A stretch of DNA of 64,000 nucleotides from the human T2T-CHM13v2.0 reference genome, Homo sapiens. A model generated the notes under the pieces. It had not been told where the DNA came from. It made no database searches and saw nothing but the letters and a program-made list of their open reading frames with translations. This document shows, one piece after another, positions 1-13,983 of the stretch. Location of the stretch: assembly GCF_009914755.1 (NCBI RefSeq), contig NC_060948.1; one strand, written 5' to 3'. Numbering within the stretch: the stretch's first letter is position 1; each line of letters begins with the position of its first letter. Made by a program: the position numbers and the translations under genes.

Positions 1-14
1 ACACCCCTCTCCCC

Positions 15-410
15 AGCCACACTGGGACCTTCTGGCTCCTGGATGTGACTAGGTTCTACTTCAGGGTCTCCACATATGCTGGACCCTCAAGTGGAATATT
101 CTTTCCCCTTCTCTCCCTTGGGTAATGGCTACTCATTTTTCAGACGTTAGTTTAAATGCAACTTTTCAAAGCTCCTTTCTCTGAGTCTTCATTCTACAAA
201 AAAATGGTTCTGTTGGCCTCTCTCATGTAAGCAAACTTTACATACATTTGCTTCAGAGCATTTTTCGCAGTCTGTGGTTATATTTTTGTATTTAGATTTT
301 AATCTGTCCCCACTACTAGACTACCTAAATGAGGGTGAGAATCACATCTGTTCACCACTGTATACCCAGTGCCTACCACATAGTAAGGTGTAAAAAGTTA
401 CATGATGCTA
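15..410 (+). mobile_element. L2 LINE 3' end fragment (ancient)
   Basis: Degenerate L2 tail: tctgtccccactactagact...ttcaccactgtatacccagtgcctaccacatagtaagg. Confidence 0.6.
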
Positions 411-790
411 AATGGATTTCAAGTGCAAGAGAGATTTTCATAGGTCAGAGCTAAGACCAATGGAAATAAGACTGTACCAACACTATAAAAAAGAAATTCT
501 TATTTCCTTATTAGCATCATAATCAATATATTTGTAATATAAATTAATTATAATGTATTTCTAAATTATATGCCCTAATCATTATGCTAAGTAAGGATCT
601 TGCCATGTCAATACATAATGAGATCTCAGACACCAACAGGATTTGAGAGGAAGCAAGGTGATCCCCTTGATTCCGAAAACAAGAGGGTGTTGGGCATTGC
701 CGTGTATTAACTACTTTGCTAGATGTTGAAGATACAAAAATAAATAAGAAAATATTGATGATCCCAAGGAGCTCCTCTTTCATCATCATT

Positions 791-1100
791 CTTTTTTTGG
801 TGTTCTTTTGTTTTGTTTTGAGATGTAGTTTCACTCTTGTTGCCCAGGCTGGAGTACAATGGTGTGATCTCAACTCACCACAACCCCCACCTCCCAGGTT
901 CAAGTGATTCTCCTGCCTCAGCCTTCTGAGTAGCTGGGATTACAGGCATGCGCCACCATGCCTGGATAATTTTGTATTTTTAGTAGAGACGGGTTTTCTC
1001 CATGTTGGTCAGGCTAGTCTTGAACTCCTGACCTCAGGTAATCCACCACCTCTGCCTCCCAAAGTGCTGGGATTACAGGTGTGAGCCACCGCACCTGGCT
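791..1100 (-). mobile_element. AluSp-like SINE
   Basis: Full dimeric Alu in reverse; T-rich tail; TSD atcattctt; tctccatgttggtcagg is Sp-like. Confidence 0.92.
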
Positions 1101-1445
1101 GGTGATCATTCTTAAAGAAAGCATTTAGACTAGAAGATCTATAATAATCCAGACAGAAATTTGTTGATCAGGTTATAGAGGTCACCTAGCAAACACCATT
1201 GGGACTGACCTGCAGACAGGTCCACTGTGATGGGCAATGAGAACCTTCAAACAGCATCTTCTTGGCTCCCCCATGCCTGTCCAGCAACAGCACTTTAGGT
1301 GTTATGAGTTGATAGATGATCTCTGAATTGAATAAAAGGCATGCATCTGGAAGTAGATGGCCCCAGATAAAGCAATTCTGTGAGGAGACCTCAGAGATGC
1401 AAAACAGTCCTTGCCTTCCCCATGAAGAGAGGGTTCCAGAAAGAA

Positions 1446-1848
1446 TATATTAGTATGCAGGGGCTGTTATAACAAAGCACCACAGCCTGGTGGACTTAAA
1501 CAACAGACATTTGTTTTCTCATTATTCTGGAAGGTAGAAGAGTGAGATCAAGGTGTTGGCAGGGTTGCTTTCTTCTGAGACCTCTCTCCTTGACTTGCAA
1601 AGGGTCATTTTTTTCCCTGTGTCTTCATATGGTCTTCCTTCTATAGGTATTCATGTCCTCATCTCCTCTTCTAAAAAGGATGCCAGTCATATTGAAATAA
1701 GGCCCCATCCTAATGCCTCACTTAACCTTAATTACCTCTTTGAAGACTGTGTCTCCAAATATAGTCGCATTATGAAATAATAACCCCTAGTAAGGGGTTG
1801 GGGCTTCAATATATGAATTTGTGGGGGAGCACAATTTAGCCCATATCA
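1446..1848 (-). mobile_element. MLT1B-like MaLR solo LTR
   Basis: Reverse complement resembles the MLT1B start (tg..atgggctaaattgtgctcccccacaaattcatatattgaag) and its 3' end. Confidence 0.8.
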
Positions 1849-2114
1849 GCAAAGAAGCAGAATATTGAAGTCAAATTGCCCGTATTTCACAATTTTCACT
1901 TTAAAATCAACTTAGTCCCCTCTCCTTAGTCCTGTTCATATTAAAATGCCACCGTCCAGAAAAGAAAAACAAAAAAAACCTGATGCAGCAATGAGCTCAT
2001 ACTTACATTCACTAGGAAGGTGGAACACATTAAGCCAGTAGCTCCCAACACCTGGCTCATCAAAAGAAGCTCTTAGGATGAATTTTTTTTAATCTAGATT
2101 ACTGGGCCCCATCA

Positions 2115-2613
2115 TGTTACCAAAATATCAGAGGTTCAGTCTAGGTCCTACTGCTTGTCACACAGAAAGCCAATCGATCACTAACACAATGAGTATTTCT
2201 AAGAAGAAGGCTTTAATCGGGTGCTGCAGCCAAGGAGATGGGAGATGAGTCTCAAATCCACCTCTTTGACTGATTAACATCAGGTATTTATATAGCAGGG
2301 AAGAAATGTAACCATGCAGGAAAACAGGAAATAGGGAGAGGTAAGAAGAAGGAGTTGGTCAATAGGAAGCACGTAGTCAGTTAGGCAGTCATGAAGGGTG
2401 AGGGTTCTGTCATCTCATTGTCCAGATGCAGTGATCTGGTAAGCTTCAGTTCCTTGATACTATCTGAGAGGCTGAATAGTTGGTTTCCTGAGAAAGGAAC
2501 TCAGATAAGACAAATGCAACTTTCTCAAGTTTCAAGACTAGGAGTGTCAATTTCCATGTTTATTCAAAAGAAACCATAAAAATCAGCTTGATGGGACAAC
2601 TGGGTCAGTTTCA
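2115..2613 (-). mobile_element. ERV1 solo LTR, LTR26-like (copy A), inserted in a MER5-like remnant
   Basis: TG...CA ends, 4-bp TSD atca/gtca; reverse complement starts tgaaactgacccagttgtcccat; homologous to 6769-7469. Confidence 0.8.
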
Positions 2614-2628
2614 GTCATAAACCAATGA

Positions 2629-2932
2629 GGCCAGGCGCGGTGGCTCATGCCTGTAATCCCAGAACTTTGGGAGGCCGAGGCAGGCAGATCATCAGGTCAG
2701 GAGATAGAGACCATCCTGGCTAACATGGTGAAACCCCATCTCTACTAAAAATACAAAAAATTAGCCGGGCGCAGTGGCAAGCACCTGTAGTCCCAGCTAC
2801 TCAGGAGACTGAGGCAGGAGAATGGCATGAACCTGGGAGGTGGAGCTTGCAGTGAGCTGAGATAGTGCCACTGCAGTCTGGCCTGGGCGAAAGAGTGAGA
2901 CTCTGTCTCAAAAAAAAAAAAAAAAAAAAAAA
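2629..2932 (+). mobile_element. AluY
   Basis: gagaccatcctggctaac and ggagcttgcagtgagc diagnostics; poly-A; TSD aaaccaatga. Confidence 0.93.
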
Positions 2933-3214
2933 CCAATGAATTAGAAATATCTAGTGAATCTGTATTTCTCTAAATCTCCTCAAATGTTTCTAGTAATTAG
3001 TAAGGTTTGAGAACCACTGCTTTTGACTTTCTGGCAAAACTAATAATTGTTTTCATGGAAAAAAAGTGTGTCTTGCCACTTCCATATTAATTCTCCCCCG
3101 TCCCCCTACCCCTGCTAAGGAAATTCTGCATATTATAAGTCATATATAAATATTTGGATTGAGCTTTACCAATAAGCTTGCAAATAAAGTTGAGGCTAAA
3201 ACTTAAAGAATTTA

Positions 3215-3340
3215 CATGCATTCATCCAATCATTTATTAGAATCATTTAGCTACCAACTGTTGGTGAGTACTCACCACATGCCAGGCTGGATGCTAGGTG
3301 CTGGAGATGGTGTAGTGGACACAGTGTGGTCCCTGCCTTT
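3215..3340 (-). mobile_element. L2 fragment
   Basis: cattcatccaatcatttatt...atgccaggc...gctaggtgctggagat resembles an antisense L2 3' end. Confidence 0.5.
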
Positions 3341-3731
3341 GGTCCTGCTCTTGTATGTTTCTGTGTATAAAGTCTCCCACTTTCAGAGGAGGCAATGGGA
3401 TTCTTCAGCTTCTGGCTGCTGTCTGAGGTTTAGACTCATCAAGGTGAGGAATGTATTTGTTGCCAGGCTGGAGTAGGGAGCTTCTCCTGAGGGTTGTGGC
3501 CCAATTGGAAAGCCAGCCACAAATCATGCTCAGATTGACAGTGCTCTTAAAAATAAATTATCTCCTGGTCTTATGCCACTGATGGTCTTGTCAAGAAGGA
3601 CATTAATCCTATTCTCCCTTAATCACATACCAGGGTTGCATACAAGCCAACTGAGACAAAAAAGGTACCTATACAGCTGGACATAGTAAACTGTTTAAAT
3701 GACAGCCCTGGCTCAAACAACTTTTCCAGGA

Positions 3732-3757
3732 TGTGAGTGTGTGTGTGTGTGTGTGTA

Positions 3758-3794
<37 letters not shown>

Positions 3795-3810
3795 CAGAGA
3801 GAGAGAGAGA
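3732..3810. repeat. Compound microsatellite (TG)n(AG)n
   Basis: Directly visible. Confidence 0.95.
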
Positions 3811-6058
3811 TTGAGATTCTCACTGGCATTTGCAGATACATTTCCAACTCAGTACTAAGGGTAACAAATAGGCCTGGCCTGTTGGCTCAAGACTAATAGT
3901 AAGGACATGGCATTTAGCCGAGCTTAATTCCCCTGCTTGTTTTCTGGCTATTCAAAGATAGCTCCAGTGTCCAGACTGCAGCAGTCTTTGCTCCTCTGTT
4001 AAATACAATTGTGCCAATTGCCAAGGACACTAAGATATTCTTGATTCTTAAAGACACCAAGCAAGTGTGAAGGGGATGATGAAATACAAATTAGCTTCAT
4101 CTAGGATATTGCTCTTTAGGCCGGCCTTCCTATTAGTTAGTTGGGAGAATGCAGATTGCCTTGTGGTTTGAGACCTGTTATTCAGTCCAGCTGGTGCCCA
4201 AATCAGGAGATTCTTTGGGACTAAACAAATGAGACTTGCTCACTCTTATCTTGACCTCATGTTTATTCCTCAGCTCTTCCCTTGTCATGCAAAGTGGATC
4301 CTATTTTTCTAGGACTATATTCCAAACTGCATCTGCTTTAGAACCAAGTAAGTCTCTCGCATTCCCCCTCCACTCCTTGCAATAGTTTTCCTTGCCTCTC
4401 TAATGTGCATATCCCCTTCAATTACATGACTGGACCAGGAAAAATCTACTTAGCCTGAAGCCAATGACTCCAGATGATCATAAATAAACACCAGAAATGC
4501 TAAAGTTTTCCCTGCATTGGCCAAGAGCTCTTTATTTCTGCATGCTCGATGGAGCAGAGAAAAATGGATTAGAGCCTGGAAGAATGTGAGTGTAACTATT
4601 GTTCATTGATGATCAGCTACTGCTGTGTTTTCAATAAAAGGGTGAGTCTCCTCTCTCTGACCCTAATTTGATTCAAATATTTTTACTCTCTAGATGAACA
4701 ATTTGAGTGAATGTCAGCTCCCATATCTGGGGAGAGAATTGGGGCCTGAGATAGATTAGGATATTCAGTTCTCAACTTACCCCAGCAAGTTCTGACAATA
4801 CTGTACCATCAGACGTAAACCATTTTAAATTCCCACTTATTCTCTGCAGAACCTGACTCTCAAAGGTAAATTACAGGAATAAAGAGCCATCCACTGGAGG
4901 TAGGAAGTGGGAGATTAATAACAAATAGAGAGCATAAAGACTAGTTAAATTTATTTATTTTTAATCTAAGTGTTCCTTTTATTATCAGATGTGGAGCTCA
5001 GGAGAATAAGGAGGTCAAAAAGGTAGAGAGAATACACGTGGCTGAGATTATATAATGCCATTCTAACAAAGTAATAAAAGTGTCATAAACTCCCTGACAT
5101 TTAATATCCTAAAGGACAGCTAGCAATCTCAAGGACTAAATAGCTTAGGAAATTTCCTTTAGAGATAAAGAGTGTGTCCTCAATCAAAGGGCTGTGGACT
5201 CAGTCACTCATTCATATTTTAAGATGACATAGGATGATTTGCTTACAAATTGAGAAAACAAACCATATCTGCATGTGCCAGCTTCGAAGCAAAACTGGGA
5301 AAACAAATCTACCTATACTGGCCATTTTAAATGCAATAAAAGCTTTCTGATTAAGGTTTGTGGATTTCCTTCCTTGTTTTCATCACAAAGAAAAGAGAAA
5401 TGGAAAGGAGAGAAGAAAGGCAAAGCCCACTACTCTTTGAAATACAGATCATGATGCCCACAGAACCATATTTTTCTTGGATATGTACATTTTTATACAA
5501 CTAAGCATTCCTGGATTTGGGCTCTTTTAGGAAATGTATCCAACAACCTGATCACTAGCCAGAAACCATAGAGTGAATGTTATAGAAGCTGACCCATATA
5601 TTTCCAAGGTACCTTTAAAATACATCTTTTTTAAAGATGATCAGTTCTTTTGGTGATTCACGTAGCTGGGCAATGGTCCAACTTCACTGTCTAATGTCTT
5701 TTTCCATGAACAGTTTCTCAGCAGTGGTCAGATAAATAACATTGACCACTCAATGCTCCACTTTAGTTTAGGACATTGAAAGCCACAAGAGAATGTTACT
5801 ACCACCTCTACAACCAGAACAAGTGAAAAGGTCTTCAAGAGAATAACATTTTTCAGGTCCTCAGAGAGCTGAGATTATAAAGTAACACATTGAATTAAAC
5901 TCATGCTACTCCAAAGAGAGAGGAACATACAACCTTTTCATTCGCAACTTGTAGGCCAAAAGCAGACATAATCTCCAAAGGGGGAAGAATCTGACAGGAT
6001 TCATCAGCATTTCAAAACTTCCTATCATGCTAAACCAATTTAAAAATGCCTATTAGAT

Positions 6059-6356
6059 GGCCAGGAACAACAGTTTATGCCTGTAATACTAGTACTTTGG
6101 AAGGCTGAGGCAGGAGAATCACTGGAGGCCAGGAGTTCAAGAACAGCCTGGGCAAGATAGCAGATCTGTCTCTACAAATAATAATAAAAAAAAATTAGCC
6201 AGGTGTGGTGATGTATGCCTACAGTCCTAGCTACTCAGAAGGCTGAGGTAGGAGGATCCCTTGAGTCTAGGAGTTTGAGGTTACAGTGAACTATGATTGT
6301 GCCACTGCACTCCAGCCTTGGTGACAGAGAGAGACTTTGTCTCTAAAATAAAAAAT
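6059..6356 (+). mobile_element. AluJ
   Basis: Diverged dimer with J-type right arm (ggaggatcccttgagtctaggagtttgaggttacagtgaactatgat). Confidence 0.9.
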
Positions 6357-6768
6357 TTAAAACCCTGTAAGTCACTTAATGATTATTCACAAATAATTAA
6401 TAATAATGACTAGTGTTTAGCATGTGATATGCTCAACTTCATATACCTTCTAACTCTTGAATCAAATACTGCCATTGAAAAAATTTTTAATAGATAAATA
6501 ACCCAAGGCTTAGCAGAAGTGAAATAATTTGCTCAGAAACTATTTTACAAAGCTTTTAGCCCAGACCAGGATACTCTTCCACTGCTGTTTGTGATCTGAA
6601 TGAAAATCAGGAGGTGCTTACATTGCTAAAATTTTCTGAATATCTGAGGCAGATTTTCTTTAAGTCCCAAGGCATCATTGTGACATTCCCAGGGAAATGC
6701 AAAAACCTGAAGTTTTAAAACATATGCATACTTTCAATTTAACTGCCCCAAATCATCTGAGTTGATTA

Positions 6769-7469
6769 TGAAACCAGCCCAATATCCCCATAGAACTGAA
6801 GTTTATGGGTTAAAAAAAATAAACATAGAAATAGACCCCTCTGGTCTTAAAACCTGAGAAACTTACATTTGTCTTATCTGAGTTCCTTTCTTAGGAAACC
6901 CACCATCAGGCCTCCCAGATAGTATCAAAGAACTGAAATTTATTAGATCACTGCATCTGGACAATGAGATGCCAGACCCCTCCCTAATTCCTGTTCACCT
7001 ACACATAGTTCCTGTTGACCAAATCCTCTTCCTTACCCCTCTCTAATTCTGTTCTTCTACATGCAGTTAAATTCCTTCACTGCTGTATAAACCCCTAATT
7101 TTAGTCAGTTGTAGAGATGGATTTGAAACTGATTTCCCATCTTTTTGGCTGCAGCAATCAATTAAAGTATTTTCCTTGGCAATATTCATTGTCTCCATGA
7201 TTGGCTTTCTTCATTATTATTTTAATCTATTCATTTATTTATTTTGAGGCTGGGCTATGAGACTGGCTGATTTTTGTATTTTTAGTGGAGACAGGGTTTC
7301 ACCATATTGCTCAGGCTGGTCTTGAACTCCCGGGCTAAAGCGATTCACCTGCCTCAGCCACCCAAAGTGCTGGGATTAAAGGTGTGAGCCACTGCACTTG
7401 GCCCCAGTGATTGGCTTTCTGTGCAAAGAGCAATAGGACCTAGATCGAACCCCTGACCTTTTGCTAACA
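6769..7469 (+). mobile_element. ERV1 solo LTR, LTR26-like (copy B), interrupted by an Alu monomer
   Basis: tgaaaccagcccaat...ttgctaaca; TSD atta/gtta; same family as 2115-2613. Confidence 0.8.
7211..7403 (-). mobile_element. Alu left-arm monomer with short non-canonical 3' segment
   Basis: Left arm + linker + agccagtctcatagcccagcctc + A-rich tail; TSD cca(g)tgattggctttct. Confidence 0.85.
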
Positions 7470-7903
7470 GTTATTTAAATTCTCAAAGGAATTGTGCAGG
7501 GAAATTAAAGATATGCAAAGACTAAATGTTGCTTGAAATAAATATTTAGATGCCTAAGCCCCTCACTGCATAATCACTCTTGACTTTTTTTTCCTTAGGT
7601 GGTATATATATGAAATTATTATAAAATATATTATAAAAATTAGAATTTAAAATGTAAATATTCATTCCATGCATGCTTTGTTCAGGAATGTTACAATGAT
7701 TTAAAACTAGAATAATCTACATCATCAATAGTATTTAACATGCTACTTATAAAGGCTTAATATTTAGAATTCAACCCAATTTCTATTTCAACATGGTAGA
7801 CTGAGGTGGTATCACTTGCTCTTCTCATTTAAACAAGCTGTAAGAAAGGCTGTTCAAAGGGGAAAACTTACTTCCTAACAGATAAAAGAGTCTTCTGTGT
7901 CTC

Positions 7904-8198
7904 AACCAGCCATAGTGGCGGCTCATGCCTGTAATCCCAGCACTTTGGGAGGCTGAGGCATGGATTACCTGAGGTCAGGAGTTCGAGAACAGACTGACTA
8001 ATGTGGTGAAACCCTGTCTCTACTAAAAATGCAAAAATTAGCCAGGCATGGTGGCATGCCCCTGTAATCCCAGCTACTCAGGAGGCTGAAGTGGCAGAAT
8101 TGCTTGAACCCAGGAGACTGAGGCGGCAGTGAACTCAGATCACATCACTACACTCCAGCCTGGGCAACGGTGCAAGATCCTGTCTCAAAAAAAAAAAA
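7904..8198 (+). mobile_element. AluS
   Basis: Dimer with poly-A; TSD agt(c/a)ttctgtgtctc. Confidence 0.9.
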
Positions 8199-8292
8199 GT
8201 ATTCTGTGTCTCTTTGAAACTCTTTGTGGCTACATATTTCCATTAGTTTCATAACAGTTTCCCATTCTTCGCTGAGAAGCACGGGCTCAGAG

Positions 8293-8780
8293 TGTGACCA
8301 CACCAGACCAATCTGGCTCAGCTTTCATGTCACAATGTTGTAGTTGCTTTTCAGTTGCCATAAAGCACAGATTGAAGGTCACATAAGCTGAGCATGCCCA
8401 GATGAACCAAGTGTGCAACCACAGGGGGAAACCTAAGAGCTCAGACTGAGGGGAAGGGACTGAATTAAGAAGTGGATACAACATGGTAGGATCCAGGGTC
8501 TACTTAGATCAAGCTCTGGCATCACCCCATGACAGGTTCCAGGCAGATCCTACCTCCCAGCATCATCTCAAATCTCATTGCAAGATCCAATCAGATCACA
8601 TCTCATCACCTTATGCTTATAAACCCAACCCAAACCCCAGCACAGGGAGACAGATTTGAGTATTTCCTCCTGTCTGCTTGCCAGGTGAGTCACAATAAAG
8701 CTTTTCTTTTCTCAAAAGCTGGTCCAATGGTATTAGCCTCTCTGCACCTTGGACAGTGAGCTCATGATTACTCAGTAATG
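8293..8780 (+). mobile_element. ERV1-class solo LTR (subfamily uncertain)
   Basis: Starts tgtgacc; CCAAT box, TATAAA and AATAAA in LTR order; 4-bp TSD agag/agag. Confidence 0.7.
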
Positions 8781-8897
8781 AGAGGACTTAACTAAGAGTT
8801 ACTCAGAACATGAGCCATCCCTGCCATGAACTACCTAGAAAGATGATGTTGATGGCAATGATGATGATGATGGATAATTGTGAAATAGTCACTAAGT

Positions 8898-9430
<533 letters not shown>

Positions 9431-9722
9431 CCTCTGCGCCACTAGAGCTTACCATGTTATATAAAGTCTCTTGGACTCCTAGTCATAACTTGTTAAATGA
9501 GACCTTTAGTCTACTGGTTTAAGATTCTGGATTCTCACAAATTCCACCCATGGAAATAAAGTGTGTGGATACATAAAATGCACTGGAATACTCCTCACTT
9601 CTACACAATGTCAATGTATTAATTAGCAAGTGCTTATTGCACGGTGGCAGACTTTAGCTGGGTGCTAAGGTATGCTACTACTTCGCGTTTTTAGCATCTG
9701 CTTAGAAATACTCATTTTACTG

Positions 9723-10020
9723 GGCCAGGCACGGTGGCTCATGCCTGTAATCCCAGAACTTCGGAAGGTCAAGGTGGGCAGATCACTTGAGGTCAGGAGT
9801 TTGAGACCAGCCTGGCCAACATGGTGAAGCCCTGTCTCTACTAAAAATACAAAAATTATCCAGGCATGGTGGCGCATGCTTGTAATCCCAGCTACTCAGG
9901 AAGCTGAGGTGGGAGGACCGCTTGAATCCAGTATGTGGAGGTTGCAGTGACCCAAGACTGTATAGCTGCACTCCAGCCTGGGCAAAAGAGCAAGACTCTG
10001 TCTTAAAAAAATAATAAAAA
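9723..10020 (+). mobile_element. AluS/Jb
   Basis: Dimer; TSD gaa(a/g)ta(c/t)tcattttact. Confidence 0.92.
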
Positions 10021-10109
10021 GAAGTATTCATTTTACTATTATTCTATAAATTAGAAGTTACTTAGAGATACTATTTGAAGCAAGTTGTTGTCATCAAAAC
10101 AATACTCAG

Positions 10110-10537
10110 GCTCTCGACCTTAGCGCCATTTTCTTGGAAACCTCTGCGCCATGAGAGCCAAGTGGAGGAAGAAGCGAACGCTCAGGCTGAAGCGCCAAAG
10201 AAGAAAGATGAGGCAGAAGTCCAAGTAAACCGCTAGCTTGTTGCACCGTGGAGGCCACAGGAGCAGAAACATGGAACACCAGACGCTGGGGATGCTGGTA
10301 CAAGTTGTGGGACTACATGCTACTGCCTAGAGCTTGTCTCAATGGATCTAGAACTTCATCGCCCTCTGATCGCCGATCACCTCTGAGACCCAACTTGCTC
10401 ATAAACAAAACTGCCCATGTCGGTCCTCTGCCCTGGACCTGTGACATTCTGGACTATTTCTGTGTTTATTTGTGGCCGAGTGTAACAACCATATAATAAA
10501 TCACCTCTTCCGCTGTTTTAGCTGGAAAAAAAAAAAA
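10110..10537 (+). pseudogene. RPL41P: Processed (retro) copy of ribosomal protein eL41/RPL41 mRNA; ORF 10151-10228 intact: [25 protein letters not shown]
   Basis: Intronless 5'UTR + CDS + 3'UTR; AATAAA at 10495-10500; poly-A; TSD aatactcag on both sides; peptide 21/25 identical to RPL41 ([25 protein letters not shown]). The pseudogene number is not identified. Confidence 0.96.
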
Positions 10538-11003
10538 TACTCAGACACTCAGATCTTCAATGTCAGAATTTTTAAAAACATGACCATGTTCTTTTACAAA
10601 AATTCATGCTCAGTTATCAACTGACGTCTGATCTCAATTCGTACAGCCAACTACCCTAAACTGCCTCACTTTGGATTATTTTTAAGCAAACCCCAGATAT
10701 TAAATCATTTCATGTGTAAATAACTCAGCGTGTGTTAACAACTCAAGGAAAAATTCCACAGAACCAGAATCTCATTATTATACTTTTAAAAAAGTATTAA
10801 TTTGTTACTATCAAATATTCAGTTAGCATTCCAATTTCTCTGATTGTGTCCTAACTTTTTTTTATACTTTGAGCATCATGTTGTTCTTTGTCATAATTAA
10901 AGGTTATCGTTTCCCAAAGTGTCTTCCTTGAGATGTTAAGTGATGTTATGCAATTTTTACAAAACATCTTGTGGGCCAATAAATTTAGAGGACACTGAAG
11001 TAA

Positions 11004-11340
<337 letters not shown>

Positions 11341-13140
11341 TCTCACTATAGGACTTTCTTAAGCCTTCGATATATTAGTGTGCATTGAGACCTTCAACAG
11401 AGGCACTTGGTATGCAGCTTTTCCCAAATCAGTTTGAACATAAATTTTTTTTCTGAAACACACCTTAGAAAATATTGCCATGGGCAAAGATTTTTGTCTC
11501 AGTTTTCTTTTCCTTGTGTGAAATTTAATGGAGTTCATTTTGTCCTCCTAGAAATCTCAATGGAGACCAGTTTCACCTGTACACAGCCTAAATTCTGTTA
11601 ATGAAGGGATTGTTTCAGAACAATGGTTACAGGGTTAGCATGTGAGTAGAGCAATGGCCACCATATTTTCTGCAAATAAAAGTTTAATATATGTTGGATT
11701 GATACATGGTTTGAATACATGACTTAGCAAAAATGCACAATATTTAAATCAGCACTATTCTTAGAATTTAGCACGTGTGATCAGGCTTTTGGATAAAATG
11801 GGCTGTTCTTTACCAGGGAAAACAGCCCATTCTTGCTATGCAACAACTTGCGTAGTGACTATGCTTTCCAAAACTGATAGAACATAGTGTATGAAATAGG
11901 ATTTCTGTATCACAAGGGGCTAGAAGTAAGCGATCTGAGAAATATAGATTTAATTCCAAAAGTAAGAAATGTCTAGGACATTTTATCGGTTTATAGACAT
12001 AACAAGGCAAAACATTTGCAATTAGGTGTCTCTAAGAGGTTTGAGATGTGCTATCTTTGAACGAGAAATGGCCGCATAGACTTATCTAGTTCAAGCACTG
12101 GATTTTCAGTTTCTCTTGAGGTACATGTTCTATGTCTAGTGCTCACTCCATAATCCTAAAACCAATACTATAGAGAAAAAGTGGCTCAATTTATGTTTCA
12201 AAATGAAAGCAGCTATACTGGCAGAGGACAATGATTTCCCATCTCCAATGAGGGACAGGGAGAAAATGGAAGGCTGAAACAATATTATATTAGGATTACA
12301 CTGAGTTGGCCCAGGCGACCCTAACTTTTCTATAATATCCCCAGGATCATACCCTCCGCCAGGGCTAGTCTTTGAAATGTCCCTATCTTTTAATCTACAA
12401 CAGTCACCATCCCCTATGTAATGAGAATGATGCATATCTGCCCAGGACCTTTCCAAAGCCTGTATCTTTTAGGACAGTCATGAGTGCAGTAGCCCAGGGG
12501 TTATGTGTTGTTTCAGGATTTTACTTAGCTAACTTGCTTTCGCTTGGGCAGAAACAGCAATCAAATTAAAATGAGTGATGCTGATTGGGAGACTGGTTGA
12601 TTTCTATTTTCTTTTGCATCAACTGCTCTGAGAGCAAAGTTAGAAAAGTTTGTTTTCGCTGGCAGGCATCGGGAACATGACTGCAATTACCACCCTCTCA
12701 TTTTCCAAGCTAAGGCTATAAAGAGTGAAGAATGACAATGTCTTCTTCAACTGCAGCCGCATTTTTTGAATTGCTGGTCTGTGTAAAATTTCTCTATTGC
12801 CTCTAGTTAAGGACCAGGCACCTGTATTGAGGCATTAGCACCAGGCTTGGCTACGGAGGTACAGAGTCAGGCCCTAGACCTTCAGGGGTTTGTAGTCTAA
12901 CTGGAGAGAGATGGCTAAATTATCAATCATGGAGCATGTGGTCTCCTTTCTTTTCAACTTTTTGTTATGAAAAATGTCAACAGTCAGAAAAGCTAAAGGA
13001 ATATACTGAGCACCCACATACTCACCCCTTCAATTAAAAAACTAATAGCTGTGATTACTTGCTTTGTCACTGTGTGTGTGTTTGATATTTTGAACAACTT
13101 GAAAGTAAGTTGCAGAGATCATGACACTTAAAACCCCTAA

Positions 13141-13456
<316 letters not shown>

Positions 13457-13622
13457 CACATCTCTTAAAAATCAGAACATTCTCCTATCTAACCAGAGTA
13501 CTACTATATCTAAGAAAATTTTAACTCCCTAATACCATTAATATCCCATAAACATTCAAATATTCTAACTTGTCCCCAAAACATCTTTTGGTGCTGTTTT
13601 GTTCTAACCAGAATGCAATTAA

Positions 13623-13983
<361 letters not shown>

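Noticed and set aside
7211-7403. Possible BC200 (BCYRN1) pseudogene
   Set aside because: Lacks BC200 diagnostics (cccagctctcagggaggctaag) and its C-rich unique 3' domain.
2115-7469. Possible provirus between two related LTRs
   Set aside because: The LTRs are inverted, have separate TSDs, and there is no PBS or gag/pol/env sequence between them.
10106-10496. ORFs of 65 aa and 82 aa overlapping the RPL41 copy
   Set aside because: Antisense and 3' UTR frames of the retrocopy; the meaningful frame is 10151-10228.
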